This document shows, in pieces, positions 10,960 to 25,087 of a DNA stretch of 64,000 bases. The translations under genes and the position numbers were made by a program. The notes beneath the pieces were generated by a model, which searched no databases, had not been told where the DNA came from, and saw only the letters and a program-made list of their open reading frames with translations. Source of the stretch: Anolis carolinensis (Eukaryota); the NCBI RefSeq assembly GCF_035594765.1, contig NC_085846.1, positions 10,403,190-10,467,189 on the forward strand. Reading direction: 5' to 3'. How positions within the stretch are numbered: position 1 is the stretch's first letter; every line of letters starts with the position of its first letter.

Positions 10960-13600
10960 TAGGGTGAGGGACTTCAAAAGCTCAAACTTGGTTTAAACAA
11001 GTCCACAAACACACATAGCAGTGAATTATATGGTTTATTATTGGCAAGTCAGCCCCTTCCCAGTGGGTAGGATGGCCATGTACTCCTTGTGTAATGCCCT
11101 GAAACCACCAACTTCAGTGCACAGGAGATTTTGTTCCTTCCCCGAGATCACAAATACCATATGGGAACTCTGCCGGCCCTAAGTCTGCTTGTAGGGCCAG
11201 TTCCCCAAATTGCACCTCTAGAAATCGAGCTGAAGGCTCCTGCTGCATCTGAGTGGACTTCAATCCATCACCCACTAGGAGCCTACTAGGAAAACCCATT
11301 AATGTTTTGAGGAATTGTAGCTAAGCACACAAGTCTTTCTTGGCGCCCTTCATAAGGCAGATGTGATGGTGTAGTTTGGGCACGCCTGCTGTGATCCAAA
11401 CTAATCTCATACAAACACCCTCCCTGGCAACATCACCCTGTAAGCAAAGTTCAGGTGGGCCAGCAGTGGCTAAACTTGCTTCAGCATAATCTTCTTTTGC
11501 CTGCTCCTTCTAGAAGTTCAGTTATGCACTGCAACTTGTCAATCAGCAAGTGAAATATGCCTTCTACCTAGTCTAACAATATCCTCAAGCAAACAAGTTG
11601 TGCCTGTCTCTTTGAGTGCTGAACCCATCATGGCTAGTGTGCGATGTGTGACCACCAGTCCCAGTTGTAACAACACCATTTGGCCTTCCACTGCATTTTC
11701 TGTTCCTGTCAGGCCAGGTTGGGCACTGGATGCCCATGGTCCAATTCTCTGTTACCATCATGTGTGAAGTAGAGACCAGACAGGGTGCCCCAGAGGTTAG
11801 GGGCTGGGCTTCTGCCAAGAGAGAAAACCAAGGTGTGGGAAGTGCAGATAGGCTGCAGGGCAGTTTCATGTACCTACTGGGCAGCAACCATCAACTGTGG
11901 TTGCATGAACTTCATCTGGGGGAATATCAGATGTTGACAAGCTGGAAAGCGTCCAGAGGAGGGCAACTAAAATGATCAAAGGTCTGGAGAACAAGCCCTA
12001 TGAGGAGAGGCTTAAAGAACTGGGCATGTTTAGCCTGCAGAAGAGAAGGCTAAGAGGAGACATGATAGCCATGTACAAATATGTGAGGGGAAGTCATAGG
12101 GAGGAGGGAGCAAGCTTATTTTCTGCTGCCCTTCAGACGAGGACACGGAACAATGGCTTCAAACTACAGGAAAGGAGACTCCACCAGAACATCAGGAAGA
12201 ACTTCCTCACTGTGAGGGCTGTTTGGCAGTGGAACTCTCTCCCCTGTACTGTGGTGGAGGCTCCTTCTTTGGAGGCTTTTAAGCAGAGGCTGGATGGCCA
12301 TCTGTCAGGGGTGCTTTGAATGCGATTTCCTGCTTCTTGGCAGGGGGTTGGACTGGATGGCCCTTGAGGTATCTTCCAACTCTACTATTCTATGATTCTA
12401 TGATTCTATCTGCATAAGTCTGGGTTGGGCTGGTGCTGCCCTCTTTGTTGGCTTTGCTGTGTGCTGTGATGGAACTGACACCAGCCTATGACCTCTGGGG
12501 ACACCCAGCTGGTCTCCAGTCCATGGTCAGAATTTCACCAGGTACTTGCTGTCTTTTAATCACCACTATCACAACCTGCAGAAACAGAAAATGGAATTTG
12601 TCTGTTAGCTGTTGGAGAGTGACAATGCATCCCAGTCGATTGAAAGGTAACGAATGGCCAGGTGTGGTTCCCCGCATGATTATGCTTCCTCCTCTGCATA
12701 GATTTTATTGTACTGCACCTGTAAGTGGAAAAGGTTTTTCTCCCCAGAAACATGGGATAGAGTTTGGTCCTCCCTCAGTGGTGGATCACAGGTCCAGCTA
12801 AGAGAGTGCAAGTTGGTTGTGATCCCCTGGAAAAATTCATGGTGACCTTGTTTCCTGTGGCTGACAGAGTGTGATATGCACAAATAGTCCATTGTGTTGC
12901 TGTTGTTGATTATATATATTTGTGTTTCTGATATATTGTTGTTGTTTGTAATGCTATTATATTCGAGAATTGGGCATACTCGCCAAGGCAATAAGCTCAG
13001 TGCAAAATGGCCACTGCTGCCGTGAAGACTTGTGAGAGCATCAGGAACATGGATCCACTCCCATGTTCAGAGAGAGTTTGCCACCAATGGTTGTCTCTGA
13101 CCCCAAGACAGTGTGGTGAGAATATAGGGAGCCCCGAACTCACAAACTACAGGGAATTGTACCTCATGGACTACTTATTAACCTGTGCCACATTCTGGTA
13201 AAGTGGCGTGGAGGCCACAGATGTGCCCTCCCCCACCCCCCCAACACACATATACACACCTGCTGCCCCAGCTGAAGCATAGCCTAGGACATCTCTGCCA
13301 AGGTGAGAATTTCCCCAGAAGCCTGGGAAGTGATGCAAACTGGCTCCCTGCCATGGAGATGCTCAGCACAACAGAGAGCACCACAGAAGTGTCCGTATGG
13401 CCACACAGGCCATGGTGAAGGCCAGGAAGTTGAGCACCACCACCCAAGGCCAAGAGAACAACAGAAGAGGGACCTGGGATGAAGTGAGGACCAGGGTCCC
13501 CATGAGACAGGAGCACTGTACCTTCATCGGTGGGACACCATCCCCCTCCCCCCTCCAGCTCCCTTGTTTTCATAATCCACAGCCCAGCTGCCCATGAACA
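10960..13600 (-). mobile_element. GC-rich decayed retroelement-like sequence (unclassified), interrupted by CR1
   Basis: Composition shifts relative to the flanks. A degenerate zinc-knuckle-like stretch KWCCYNWDWWSHIAH lies on the minus strand near 11635-11685. Boundaries are approximate. Confidence 0.3.
11927..12409 (+). mobile_element. CR1 LINE 3' end (ORF2 C-terminus plus tail)
   Basis: MIKGLENKPYEERLKELGMFSLQKRRLRGDMIAMYKY...[16 protein letters not shown], followed by a (ATTCTATG)n tail. Confidence 0.92.
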
Positions 13601-14072
13601 CTTCGTTCCAATAGAGACATTGAATCAATTGGTTTTACCGGTAGATTGATTCAACACTTTATTTAATGGTTCTAAACTTGGTGAGACTGATTGATACAAC
13701 TTCAGCCAAGCAGTTAAGGATTCCTAGATTACGTATAACTATTTGGCAATGCCTCCTAGTAATTCGTTACATTTAGAGATTGCAAGAACAGCCCCTGTGT
13801 CTTTCAACAAGACACTAAGCAGATATATTGAAAGGAAGAGAATTGGTTGGACAATGTTGGTATTCATCAGAAGAATGATATGGCACATTTTCTATGATAC
13901 TACACAAGTTTAAATGAAGTCTGATCAAGCCTCATTTTTAAACAAAGGAAGTGTGAGTTCAAGAATGAGGAATATAATGGCAGACAACAACACTGGGTGG
14001 CCCATTTAAAATATACATGAAACTTCTATTTACCTATCTAGGCAACGATACTTAAAGTTCATTTACTTAAAG

Positions 14073-14380
14073 CAGTGGTTCTCACTGATGGGCCGTGAGA
14101 CCTAAAATATGGTCCATGAGACACGCAGGGTAAATCACCTCTAAATGATTAGATATGGTTTCTGTGGGTGTGCAGATGGTGACTACTAGGTGGCATATGT
14201 TCTGTATCAGAAACTTGAGCTGATGTGGTCTATCCAGTGCAATTTTCTGAATCAGCACCCCAAATAACCAAACCGAATCTAAAGTTGACCAAAAACTGAA
14301 TCGTAACCCTTTTGGTATTGATGTTGGAGAGTAGTCCCTTGTCAAAGTGCTCCTGGTCAAAAAAAGGTTGGGAACCACTG
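14073..14380. mobile_element. hAT-type MITE
   Basis: TIRs cagtggttctca / tgggaaccactg. TSD is not well preserved. Confidence 0.6.
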
Positions 14381-14945
14381 CTCTAAAACAAATCTCATCT
14401 CAATATTTATAATATTTATAATTTATCAACATACTGGATCCTATCTCCCCCTCCATCCTTAAAAGTCAGAATGATAAATATTAAAGGAAAATTGAGTGAG
14501 AACAAATGACAGTTTGATAAAAACACATGGAAAATAGACTAAATACTAGTAGAAAGGGCTTAATAATTGACCAATCTTTCCTTTGTCATCAAACAAAATG
14601 ATGTGTCTGTAGGTGAAAATGATGTTATGAATATTTTGACTGAAAAAGAGAAATGATGCCACTTAAAAAGTGGACAGAAGGGATTTCTACATTGCAGTTG
14701 TTAAAACTCCTCTAAGTTTCCAATCTAACATCATTCTAAAATTTTCATTGATAGTTAACACACGTGTTGCAGGCTTGGGGTTTTAGTATTTACTTTTTTT
14801 TTATCCCACTTTTCTGTCCATAAGGACTCAAGGCAGCAACCAATAGCATGATACAACACAATAAAATGTTAAAACAAGGCAAATCTTATACATACAAATA
14901 CAAAAATCAAACAATTCAATGTGTGTCAATAAAATAAAATAAATA

Positions 14946-15213
14946 CAGTAGAGTCTCACTTATCCTACGTTCTGGATTATCCAATGCATTTTTGTAGACA
15001 ATGTTTTCAATACATCATGATATTTTGGTGCTACATTTGTAAATACAGTAATTACTACATAGCATTACTGCGCATTGAACTAATTTTTCTGTCAAATTTG
15101 TTGTATAACATGATGTTTAATAGGCTTTTCCTTAATCCCTCCTTATTATCCAACATATTCGCTTATCCAACATTCTGCTGGCCCGTTTATGTTGGATAAG
15201 TGAGACTCTACTG
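14946..15213. mobile_element. Tc1/mariner-superfamily MITE
   Basis: Perfect TIRs cagtagagtctcacttatcc / ggataagtgagactctactg with TA TSD. Confidence 0.88.
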
Positions 15214-17259
15214 TATTACATTTAAAAATTGAACACTCCCCCTCCTCCCAAAAAATACAACACAACCACAGCTTTATTAACAAAGTATTGGATACTCAAT
15301 TTTGAATCACATGTAAAGTAAATCCTACGCAACTGACACAATTATCTTGAAAAATATCTCTAAGATATAATGATGGATAAATGAGGGCAGTGGAATTGGA
15401 TTACAGGTAACATTAGCTGTGTTTGAAAAGTAGGTGAGTTCTTTAGTTCCTCCTTTTTATTAGCTGTTTCTTGCTGTTTAGCTCAGGCTTCACTAAAATA
15501 ATGTAGCATTTTGGTGTAAAGATACAGCTCAATAAACCAAAACTGGAAGCCAAGATAGAGAAAATCTCCACAGCCACCATATTCTTGCCCTTCGTGCTCA
15601 GGTATATTGGAATGAAGCACAGCCAAACACTGCAAAAGACCAACATGCTGAAGGTGATAAACTTGGCTTCATTAAAACTGTCAGGTAACTTCCTGGCTAA
15701 GAAAGCCAAAGTGAAGCTGACAAGAGCTAGGAAACCCAGGAAATCCAAAAGAGCATAAAGCATACTGCCTGAACCTTCATTGCATTTGAGTACAATTTTT
15801 TTGCTCACTGAGTACATGTCAAGGTCTGGGAATGGAGGAGAGGTTGCCAACCATGCAATGCTAACAGCTGCTTGGGTAAGAGAGCAAGAAAGAACTATGG
15901 AATATGCCAATCTCTTCCCCATCCATCGCCTTACCCTGGACCCTGGCTTGGTGGTGATAAAAGCTAGAAGGACAATGATGGTTTTGGCCAAAATGGAAGA
16001 AAGCGCCACTGAGAAAACCATCCCGAAAGCAGTTTGTTGAAGGAGGCAGACCACCTTCCCAGGTCGGACAATGAATAGCAAAGCACAAAGGAAGGAAAGC
16101 AAGAGGGAGGCCAGGAGAATGTAGGTGAAGTTCCTATTGTTCGCTTTAACAATAGGAGTGTCCCTGTACTTCATGAAGATGCCAAAAATGAAGACTGTGA
16201 TGAGAGAAAATTTAAGAGCAAACACAACTAAAATGATCCCCAAAGGTTCTTCAAAAGTCAAGAAGATGATTTCTTTGGGCAGACATCCATCCTTGTCATT
16301 GTTTGGATACTGATATCCAGGGCATTCAAAACATTCATTGGTATCTGAAAAACAAGGAGTGTCAAGGTGAAAAACCAGCATCATTGTGGCTGCTCTACAA
16401 ATAGACTGCTAGCTAATGTCGATATCAACCTCTTAAAAAATATATCTTTGCTATGAGAAACATCAAGATCTGCACTTTTTTGCCAGAATTTGTTCTATCT
16501 AAAACCAAGGCAATCTGAGTGTATGCTGCTGTTATACTGATAATATACATGGACTTAGCCAACAGAGGCTTTCTTCTCATGTTTCCACATCCACATACTT
16601 TTAAATGTAGCAAATGGGCAAAATGTAAAAAATCAAAGGATCTGCCGATGCTTAACTTCCTGTCTATCTGCAGTCATTATACACAACATTAAACATATTT
16701 GGAGAGCATTTTTATATCAGCCATCTTTCAGCTAATATAAAACTTTATAATATACTAGGCAATCAGTTTCTGAGATGTAGGTATGATGCCCAAGACAACT
16801 GATAAATACAGAATATTCTGAGCCTTACCCATGTAGTTTGCAATCTTGCCCTCTGGACATGGAATGCAGTCATAGCAGCAAAATTGCTCTCCTTCCTTCT
16901 TTCTTTTATGAAAGCCCAACTGGCATTTCTTGTTACATCTAGAGAGGGGTTGTGCCTATCCATTGAAAGAAAACACACACACACACAAACTGGAGTGTCT
17001 TCTGGAAAATTGAATCCTGATGGCTCAGCTGAAGAAATATACATGTTGTATACACAATTATTTTCTGTAACTGGATGATAGTCTTATGAACACATGTATG
17101 ACTTACTTTGGATGGAAACCTCTTTTACACCATCTGAAACCTCCCTTCTGCCAATCATAATTCTTGGAGTGCTAGTATGCTAAGTATGTGGCTGGAAGCA
17201 TTAGAAAGCATTAGGCAGGAGGGAGTGACGAAGAAATATTTTATTTTGTAAAAATATCA

Positions 17260-17727
17260 ACTGGAATCCTGCCTCCAGTTCTGGGCATCACAAATCAAGA
17301 AGTATATGGACATTAAGCTAGAATGGGTTCAGAGAAAGGCAACCAAAAAGATCAAAGGTCTGGAGGCCAAACCTTATGAGGAGCAGTTTAGGGAGTTGAG
17401 TATGCTCAGCTTGGAGAAATGAAGGTTGAGAGGGGATGGGATAGCCATGTTTACACATCTTAAAGGACGTCACATTGAAGAGGTGGCGAGATTTTTTTCT
17501 GCTACTCTAGAAACTAGGATATGGAACAATTGATTCAAATGGCAGAAAAAGATATTCCACATATACATTAGGAAGAATTTCCTGATGGCAAGAGTTGTTA
17601 AACAGTGGAACATGCTGCCTGTGAATGTGCTGGAGTCTTCTTCTCTGGAGGTGCTTTGATTTGTTTACCCTCATACACTGAATGGTGCTTCTGGTCTTCT
17701 CTCAACTGTAGGATTTGATGATTCTAG
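17260..17727 (+). mobile_element. Old CR1 3' fragment in gene B intron 4
   Basis: Diverged match to 11927-12409 (gatcaaaggtctggaggccaaaccttatgaggagcag...attaggaagaatttcctga). Confidence 0.75.
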
Positions 17728-18710
17728 AACTGATATGCATTGAATTGGTTTGTTTGTAAATCAATGTCCTTTGAATACCACCAGTTCCCATCTCAGTTCT
17801 CCAGACAAAGAGAAGATGAACATCTAACACCCTTAACATTATCCCCTAGCTTGGTAGCTGGAAAGATTATAGAAATTGGAGTGGGGGATACTGAGTCTTG
17901 TATTATTCATATGTGATGCAGGATTTTGGGAACCATTGACTTAAATTTTTGTCAAGACTACCATCACTGTATCATTACAAATAAGGACATTCTGTTTGTT
18001 TTGCCACTGCCAGAAAACTCTTTTGTCATATTTAAACATTGGACAATATTGTTCTTGGTTATATCTAGTCTGATGAGGAGAGGCATCTATGTCAATATTT
18101 GAAGAATAACCTTCATCACAAGATAAATATCTGGCTTCATTCTGAATGCGAACTTACCTGGTTGAAGATGCTGAGCCACACAATGGCATTGTCTTGAATA
18201 ACAAACTTCTTCTCTTCAGAAGCTTGAGGGTCCATCTTACCAACTTTTATTTTAACAAAAGTCTGATTTGGAAATGTGACCCAGTTGATAATATCAAATC
18301 CCGCTAATAATTCCCCATTTTGATCAAAGGAAACCTCTTCCCAGGCACTATTGTAAAATGCAACTCTTCTCAGAAAATGATGGAGCTAAATGAGAATAGG
18401 AAAGAATTGATGGAGAGATGCATAGAAAAAAGGAAAAATATATCTCAAAGTGATAATGCATGCTTCACACTATTAGTGAAGTATCATCCTCTTCCAATGT
18501 GCATCAGCACTCTCTTGCTGGTGTCCCAATTTGCAACAGAAACACTGCACATTGGATCACATTTCATGCCTGTCTCAATGGGCATAAGATTAAATGCACA
18601 ATGGTTACATTGCTGACCCCCCCCCCCCTCAGTAATGTCATGGGAATGCCTTGCTGAATATGGAGGCCATGAAACTGCTAAATACTATTTTCCATACATG
18701 TAGCTACACT

Positions 18711-19334
18711 TTTGACGTCTGTAGACATCACATGCAACTTCTGGAATGATCCCATCAGCATTGCCTCTGAAAAATCCTGCAAATCTCTTGGGAAGACAGG
18801 CGGACAAATGTCAGCATCCTGGAAGAAGCAAAGACCACAAGCATTGAAATGATGACCCTCCTCCATCAACTTTGCTGGACTGGCCAGTTTGTCCAAATGT
18901 CTGATCATTGCTTCCCAAAGCAATTACTATACTCCCAACTCAAGAACGCAAAACGGAATGTTGGTGGACAGGAAAAGACATTTAAAGATGGACTGAAAGC
19001 TAACCTTAAAACTGTGGCATAGACACCAAGAACTGGGAAGCCCTGGCCCTTGAGCGCTCTAATTGGAGGTCAGCTGTGACCAGCAGTGCTCTGGAGTTCG
19101 ATTAGGCACAAATGGAGGGCAAAAGGAGAAATGTGTCAAGAGGAAGGCGCATTAAGCTAACCCTTGCCTGGACCACCTTCCACCTGGAAATCAATGTCCT
19201 CACTGTGAAAAAACATGCAGATCAATAATAGGTATCGGTCACCTATGGACCCACCACCAAGACCCTATACTTAGAAGGCAGTCATACCTGCCCACAAGGA
19301 ATCACCTATGATGATGATGATGATAATGATGATG
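18711..19334 (+). mobile_element. RTE-clade LINE 3' fragment
   Basis: Translation resembles HQ.CL.KILQISWEDRRTNVSILEEA...HQL.WTG...PKQLLYSQL. (GAT)n tail, agctac-like TSD, and absent at the homologous site in gene A. Confidence 0.8.
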
Positions 19335-22300
19335 AGCTACGCTTATGAAGATGTAAGTTTCCAATCAAATTCTGTCCCTTTAATACCTTTGGGCCCAGAA
19401 CTTTGGTGATAGTTTCCTGCAAGGTACCAAACTGGTCTCTGCTGAATGATAGGTCTACTCACTATGAGCATTATATTTAATGCAAAAACACAACAAAATA
19501 TAATTCATCAAAACTTGTCAATTTAAATATGCGTAGAAGGCACTAACCACAATCTTTTCAAAAGATCAAAAGGATCAAGTACACCTAGGCTCTAATGTAA
19601 GCAGGACACTTTCAAATACATGTAATATGGAAAAATAATAATAGCATATCAGCTAGAGACCCATATTTCACCTTTTATACAAAACACATCTCCTGACTTA
19701 CCATAGTGAAGAATCAATTGCTGCATTATTAATTTTTAAAAACCCTTCTGCATTAGTGAGATTACCTGCCATGGATGTATATTCCAAAGTTGCTTTCTTG
19801 CACTATTCAGTAATGCTCTGTGTTTCAATTTAGATGAATACATGGCCTGTAAAGCATGTGCAATGGCATAGACAGAATTGTAGATGCTGTAACTGTGGCT
19901 GGTCATGCTCATTTCAAAAACAGAAGCAGGAAGAGACTCCAACTTCTCCTTCCCAGTGCAGAACATGTTATTATCCTTGTCTAATGAACGATTAGGCAAG
20001 TTGCAGTTAAATACCTCTTCCCAGAAAGTCCACAGAAACTTGTCTTTTTTTGCTGAGAGAGGATTTCTTGTCTGAAGAAAATGTCTGAATCCTGAAAGGG
20101 CCTTTGAATGAACCTCAAAGGATACAGACCGATGAAGGAATTCTATATCCCAGTCTCTTACCAATGAAAGCATTGCAAACTCCATCTGTCATAATCCACA
20201 CCTTTGTGCTGATTTCCAGGAGTGTATCCTTTATTTCTGCAACATATATCATCATTCTTATAACTATAATAGTAGGACTTTCACCATGAACAACAATCAC
20301 ATTGGCAGTACTTCCCATAAAAACTGTCATCATTTCATAAGATTTCTCTGCAAATTTATCAACTCTATCACTCAAGGCATATTTGGGCAGTCTTGCAATG
20401 AAATGAAAGCAAATGCCTTTCAGAGCAAACGTGGGAAGAACGTTTTGTACAAATATTTCTCCAGTATCATCATTCAGACAAACTACTCCAATCCAAATCC
20501 AGTTGAAATGCAGAAGTAACTGGAGAATCCCATCATACTGATAACCAGAATTTGGGAACATACGGTGGAGGAAGACATCTAGAGCGTGATTATTCACCAC
20601 AGGAGAGGATCCAAAGATAAGCTACAATATTTTTAAAAATAGAGGAATTGAAGTGATCTCAAACATGAACATCAATGAAACCTGAATCAAAATTTCTATT
20701 TCCATTCAATATTGTATTATGGCATATTGCTTAAAAACCTCTAGGAAACAATACAGCACCATGTTCCAAGGCAGCATATTCCACTGCCAAACAGCTCTTA
20801 TTGTCAGTCAAGCATCCTAAATTTGAGGTACATAAGAGTCATTGAGCAAAATCAAGTGATCAAAATCTCAATGACTGAACTATCACATGCACAAACTGTA
20901 TGTATCCTTAAGTCAGCTGCCAACGTATGGTGACCACATGAATTTCAAAGGTTTTCTTAAGCAATTACTCAGATATGAATTTTCCAGTTTCTCAAAAAAA
21001 AAAAAGTCTGTGGCACTTTAGTTTCGTTGTCAGCCTCCCATCCAAATATTAAGATCAAATGGGATTTGGCATCTTTATGTTATTTAGGCATTAGCTTCCT
21101 GTTATATGTTGGACTGTGGAAATACGAGTGGAGAATGAAAAACAGTATTATGTATGAAATATGTAATATGTCAATCAGAACGAATGGAGAATGCAAGACA
21201 GTATTATGTAAGAAATATGTAATATGTCAATCAGAAATATGTAATATGTCAATCAGAACGCTAAACCAAACTTGCCAATTCCATTATGTTATATTTAAGC
21301 TCAATCTTTCCCCATTGCGAACCTACAACTTGATGGATTAAAGTTTAGGCTTTAACAAATCATTAAATTTTTGTGCTTGTGCACACATCTTACTTGTGGC
21401 ATCTTGTATATACACAGGATAGTTGCCAAGTGAAGACAATAGTCAGTGATGGGTCCTGAAATCACTGCTGCTGGAAGATTCTCAGTTTCACATTTGTAGT
21501 TGACAGCAAATCTGTGCTGTCTAGATAAAAGTTCCATTGCAGCAAGGTAGGTCCCAATTTCAGTGAAACGGTTGTTATAGATGTGGAAACCCAGGGTGGC
21601 ATTGGGAAAGAGTTGTTGGTTTTCATTAGTCTCTTCTACAGCAAACACCAAGGCCGCAATGTGCTGATAGAGATGTGTAATTAGCCTGTAAGGAGTGATT
21701 ATTTACTGTGTCTATCTTCTCCAAATGAGAACATTTGTTCCAACATTATGAAAACATGGACACAAAGACATTTAAGAAACTAACTCAAAAGCTCTACCAC
21801 TTACATGGATTTGGATGCTAACATAGCTGCACCAGCATCTCTCAGATTCTAGTTGTCTATTATTCTTTTCTCCCCTCTTGTTGTGTCCGCTGCAAGATTT
21901 TGGAAAATACATAGCGCTATCTCTTACCATCTACTTTGGGTCAAATTCATTGAAAAATTCATGAAAAACCTTTGTTGCATCTTTAATTTTAGTAATATTT
22001 CACATCTAAGAAAATGCTATGCTCCAGAGCATTTCAACCCTCCCAGCTCATGACAAATGCCTAAAAGCAAAACCAATCTACAACAGAGTGTTATATGCTC
22101 TTTTTGTATAAATGAGTACAGTTTATAATCATGTATAAGTTGAACTCATTCATAAGTCGATGGCAAGTATGGAAGCCAAAATGATGGATTCTCATGTGAC
22201 TCATGGATAAGTCAAGCATTATTCCAGAAAGGGAAAAGCATAAGCATCGCCTGGACATCCAGCTGACCCTGGCTGCCACTGTCATTTTTTCACCACTGTA

Positions 22301-22444
22301 CTCAGAGAATGGAGTGGGCCTTTATTGATAAGAATTTAGATACAATACTCACATTGACCAATGAATAAATCGATATGACTGAAAAACTAAAACAATAACT
22401 GAACTGTGTGTAGTTATTGCCCACGTTATGAAAGGCACGGGAGG

Positions 22445-22528
22445 TATTAATAATAGGTCTTTCGTCACAGTTTTCCTTTTGATTACTGTAACTCTTTAGG
22501 GACAGGAAAAAAGAAGCCCAAGTAATTA
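22445..22528 (-). promoter_or_regulatory. Retained promoter module of pseudogene B
   Basis: TATTAATA at 22445-22452, CTCTTTAGGGA at 22492-22502, TAATTA at 22523-22528. Homologous to the gene A upstream region. Confidence 0.45.
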
Positions 22529-22899
22529 TACTGACTTGGATAAATGCAGGAGAGAAAATTACCTACTTTGGATGATAGAGTTTGTAAGAAAAGAAAACAT
22601 CTTAATAAGATCTTTCAAAAGTATTCCTGATATAAATCTTTGAAGAAAAAAGTAAGTTATGGGCTAAGTATCTTTAATTTTTTCTTCTAATGATATCATC
22701 CAAGGCAGATGGTATCGATTGCCAACTTTGCTGCTTGCATGGAATATGAATTCAACTTGTGTTCAAAAAGTTTCAATTTCTAGGTAAAAATCAGTGGATG
22801 ACCAGATCTTTCAGAAACTTTGCAAGAGTAATTCCCTACTCATGTTCTGTCACTGTGGACAAATTTTAAAAATTACTTATTTAGTTTTTTTTATGTTAT

Positions 22900-23720
22900 T
22901 TTTAAAAAACTTTTTTAAAAATCCCAAAAAACAGTGGATGAGCTAAACGCCATGAAACTTGTCAGACTTACAGCCATAAATGTGTCTTACAAGTGTGCCA
23001 AGTTTCATCCTAATAGCCATAAAATGAGAGAGAAACGAGCCACTAAAGTTTCCGCCAAAAGGAACCCCCAATTGAAGCACCTTGGGGGAGTCACCCTCTC
23101 TCAACCTCATAGGATTAAAAAAATATCACCCCCCCCCCCACCAATTATCAGGATGAAACATTAAATCAAGGAGGCTAGGCCACTGATTCCTTCACGAAAA
23201 GCCAGAGCTTTTGATGTGAGGGAGACTTGGAAGTGTCTCATTCACGTGTTGGCCCCGTCTCCCCACAAGACACAACCCAGCTACCTATTAGAAGTGTGCA
23301 ATTCAGCCAAAAGGCATGCCGTTCCAGGGTCCATTTTCAACTAACCCCTCATTCTGTTTACCAGGAAGTTACTCAAATCAGGAGGGGTCTTGCCGTTTTC
23401 ATTTAGCAAAGATTCGGCCCATTGCTCCAATGGGAAACTTTTAAAAGGCTCAATCCTCAGTCATTTTAAGGCCAATCTTTATGAAACCTACCTCAGTTTC
23501 AGACCGATATACAACTGCAGGCCTGCCAAGTTTCCGAGCATGTGCCGAAATATGTGCCCAGGGAGACATATCATGGGTTTAAGAAGAACCACAAGGCTTT
23601 TCAAGATTTTATCTGATTTTATTGCTGGGAATGTTTCCTCATGCCAATCATCAAATCAGATCCATTCTCTGGGGTCCCTATTGAGACTATGCCAACACCC
23701 TTGGCAACATTGTATGTCCA
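22900..23720. mobile_element. Unclassified DNA-transposon-like repeat fragment
   Basis: 22910-23050 resembles the reverse complement of ~2430-2560. Internal recurring tgccaagtttc motifs. Confidence 0.35.
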
Positions 23721-24438
23721 GCTGAGACCCATTGTCCTATATCGGCCAGGCAGAAACAGCCATCAAATCCCATTATCTCCAACTTAGCCACATTCCTATC
23801 CTTCCACACCCTTTTCCTGGGCAGACATATGATCTCATCATAGGGGAAAATTGCCTGTTGTACAATGCTTCATCCTCCCTTGCAGCACGGAGCCCTCCGG
23901 TTCCGATCCCACGATGTAAATCTACTTCTGGTTGGACTCCTTGGTGCAAGTGAAGAGGGAGCATCATACATAAGCACAATTGCAAACATACAGATTTATT
24001 TATTACACTTTATTATTGTATTTGTTTATACCCTGCTTTATCTCTCCAAAGGGGACTCAAAATGGCTGTTTTTGGAGTTCAGACTCTGCTAACATACACT
24101 TAGGACAAAGTGAATAAATGCCTCTATTCCTTGCACTCATCCTATCTGTGTCTTATTCTGTCCTTTAGGAGCTTGACGCACCAAGTCCCAAACTTACAAC
24201 TTTTGTAGAGCTGAAATCACTTGACATAGTTACAGTGGAATGACTACACTATAAATGTGTAAAGCAAAATGGGTCCTTGTGATATAATTTGAGGTATACA
24301 TATAAATAAAAAGAAATAACATACCAATTCCAAATTTAAGGAACATAATGGTTATTCATATTCAAATAAATGTCAAACTACATAAAGAAATAAATCCCAA
24401 GGATGGAAGTAAAATATGTGTGCTAGATATATACAGTA

Positions 24439-24929
24439 CTAGCTGTGCCCGGCCACGCGTTGCTGTGGCAAAGTAAGGTGGTATGGGAAATAAAGTATTG
24501 CGGAATTGGTGGTAGTTAAGGTAAAGGGTAAAGGTTTTTCCCTGACATTAAGTCCATTATAAATGGGTTATATAGCTGTGTGGAAGGGCCTTGAGTCTAC
24601 ACTGCCATATAATCCAGTTAAAATCAGATAATCTGTATTTTATAGGCAGTGGGGAAGAGGTCTAAGTGAGGCCTAACTTGGCCTGTCCCCTGGGCTGAGT
24701 GGGTTGCTAGGGGACCAAGTGGGTGGAGATTAGCCTTCTAACTGGCAGCAATTGGATAAAAACAATTATTCCTCTCCCTCTAATTAGGACTTTATTTTTC
24801 TTTTCTTTTTGTTGTATGAATGTAGAGGCATAGATGAGGGGTTGTGCTGGCAAGTTTAGTGTTTCTTGGATGTGTAGTTTTGTTGTTTTGTCCTAGGCCG
24901 AAATTTCATTACCCTTTTATATATATAGA
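24439..24929 (-). mobile_element. Non-autonomous Helitron
   Basis: Minus strand A|TCTATATATATAAAAG...GCCACAGCAACGCGTGGC (hairpin) CGGGCACAG CTAG|T. This gives a 5' TC, a 3' CTAG with subterminal hairpin, an A/T target site and no TSD. Confidence 0.88.
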
Positions 24930-25087
24930 TTTTATATGGATTTTAAGGTGTCAGTGAAATGAATGTAAATTTGATCTTTGGATTTAGGTCATTTCTGGGA
25001 TCTATTCTTTGTATCTTCTACACATGCACTCATATGAGAAACAAGAAATATTTATGTGGTCTATCAAAAATCACAAATTGAAAGCTA

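Larger units (their letters stand above)
15443..21685 (-). pseudogene. V2R gene B, pseudogene paralogue of gene A
   Basis: Exon 2 21685-21394, exon 3 20621-19766, exon 4 18385-18158, exon 5 16955-16829, exon 6 16344-15443. Exon 3 has a 5-bp deletion near 20186 (A tccatctgagctgtc vs B tccatctgtc), which splits the ORF. Exon 1 is absent because intron-1 sequence (~22360) joins directly to promoter sequence (~22400). Conserved residues are altered (NNSAG to YNSAW, WP to WL, LGF to LDF). Confidence 0.88.
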
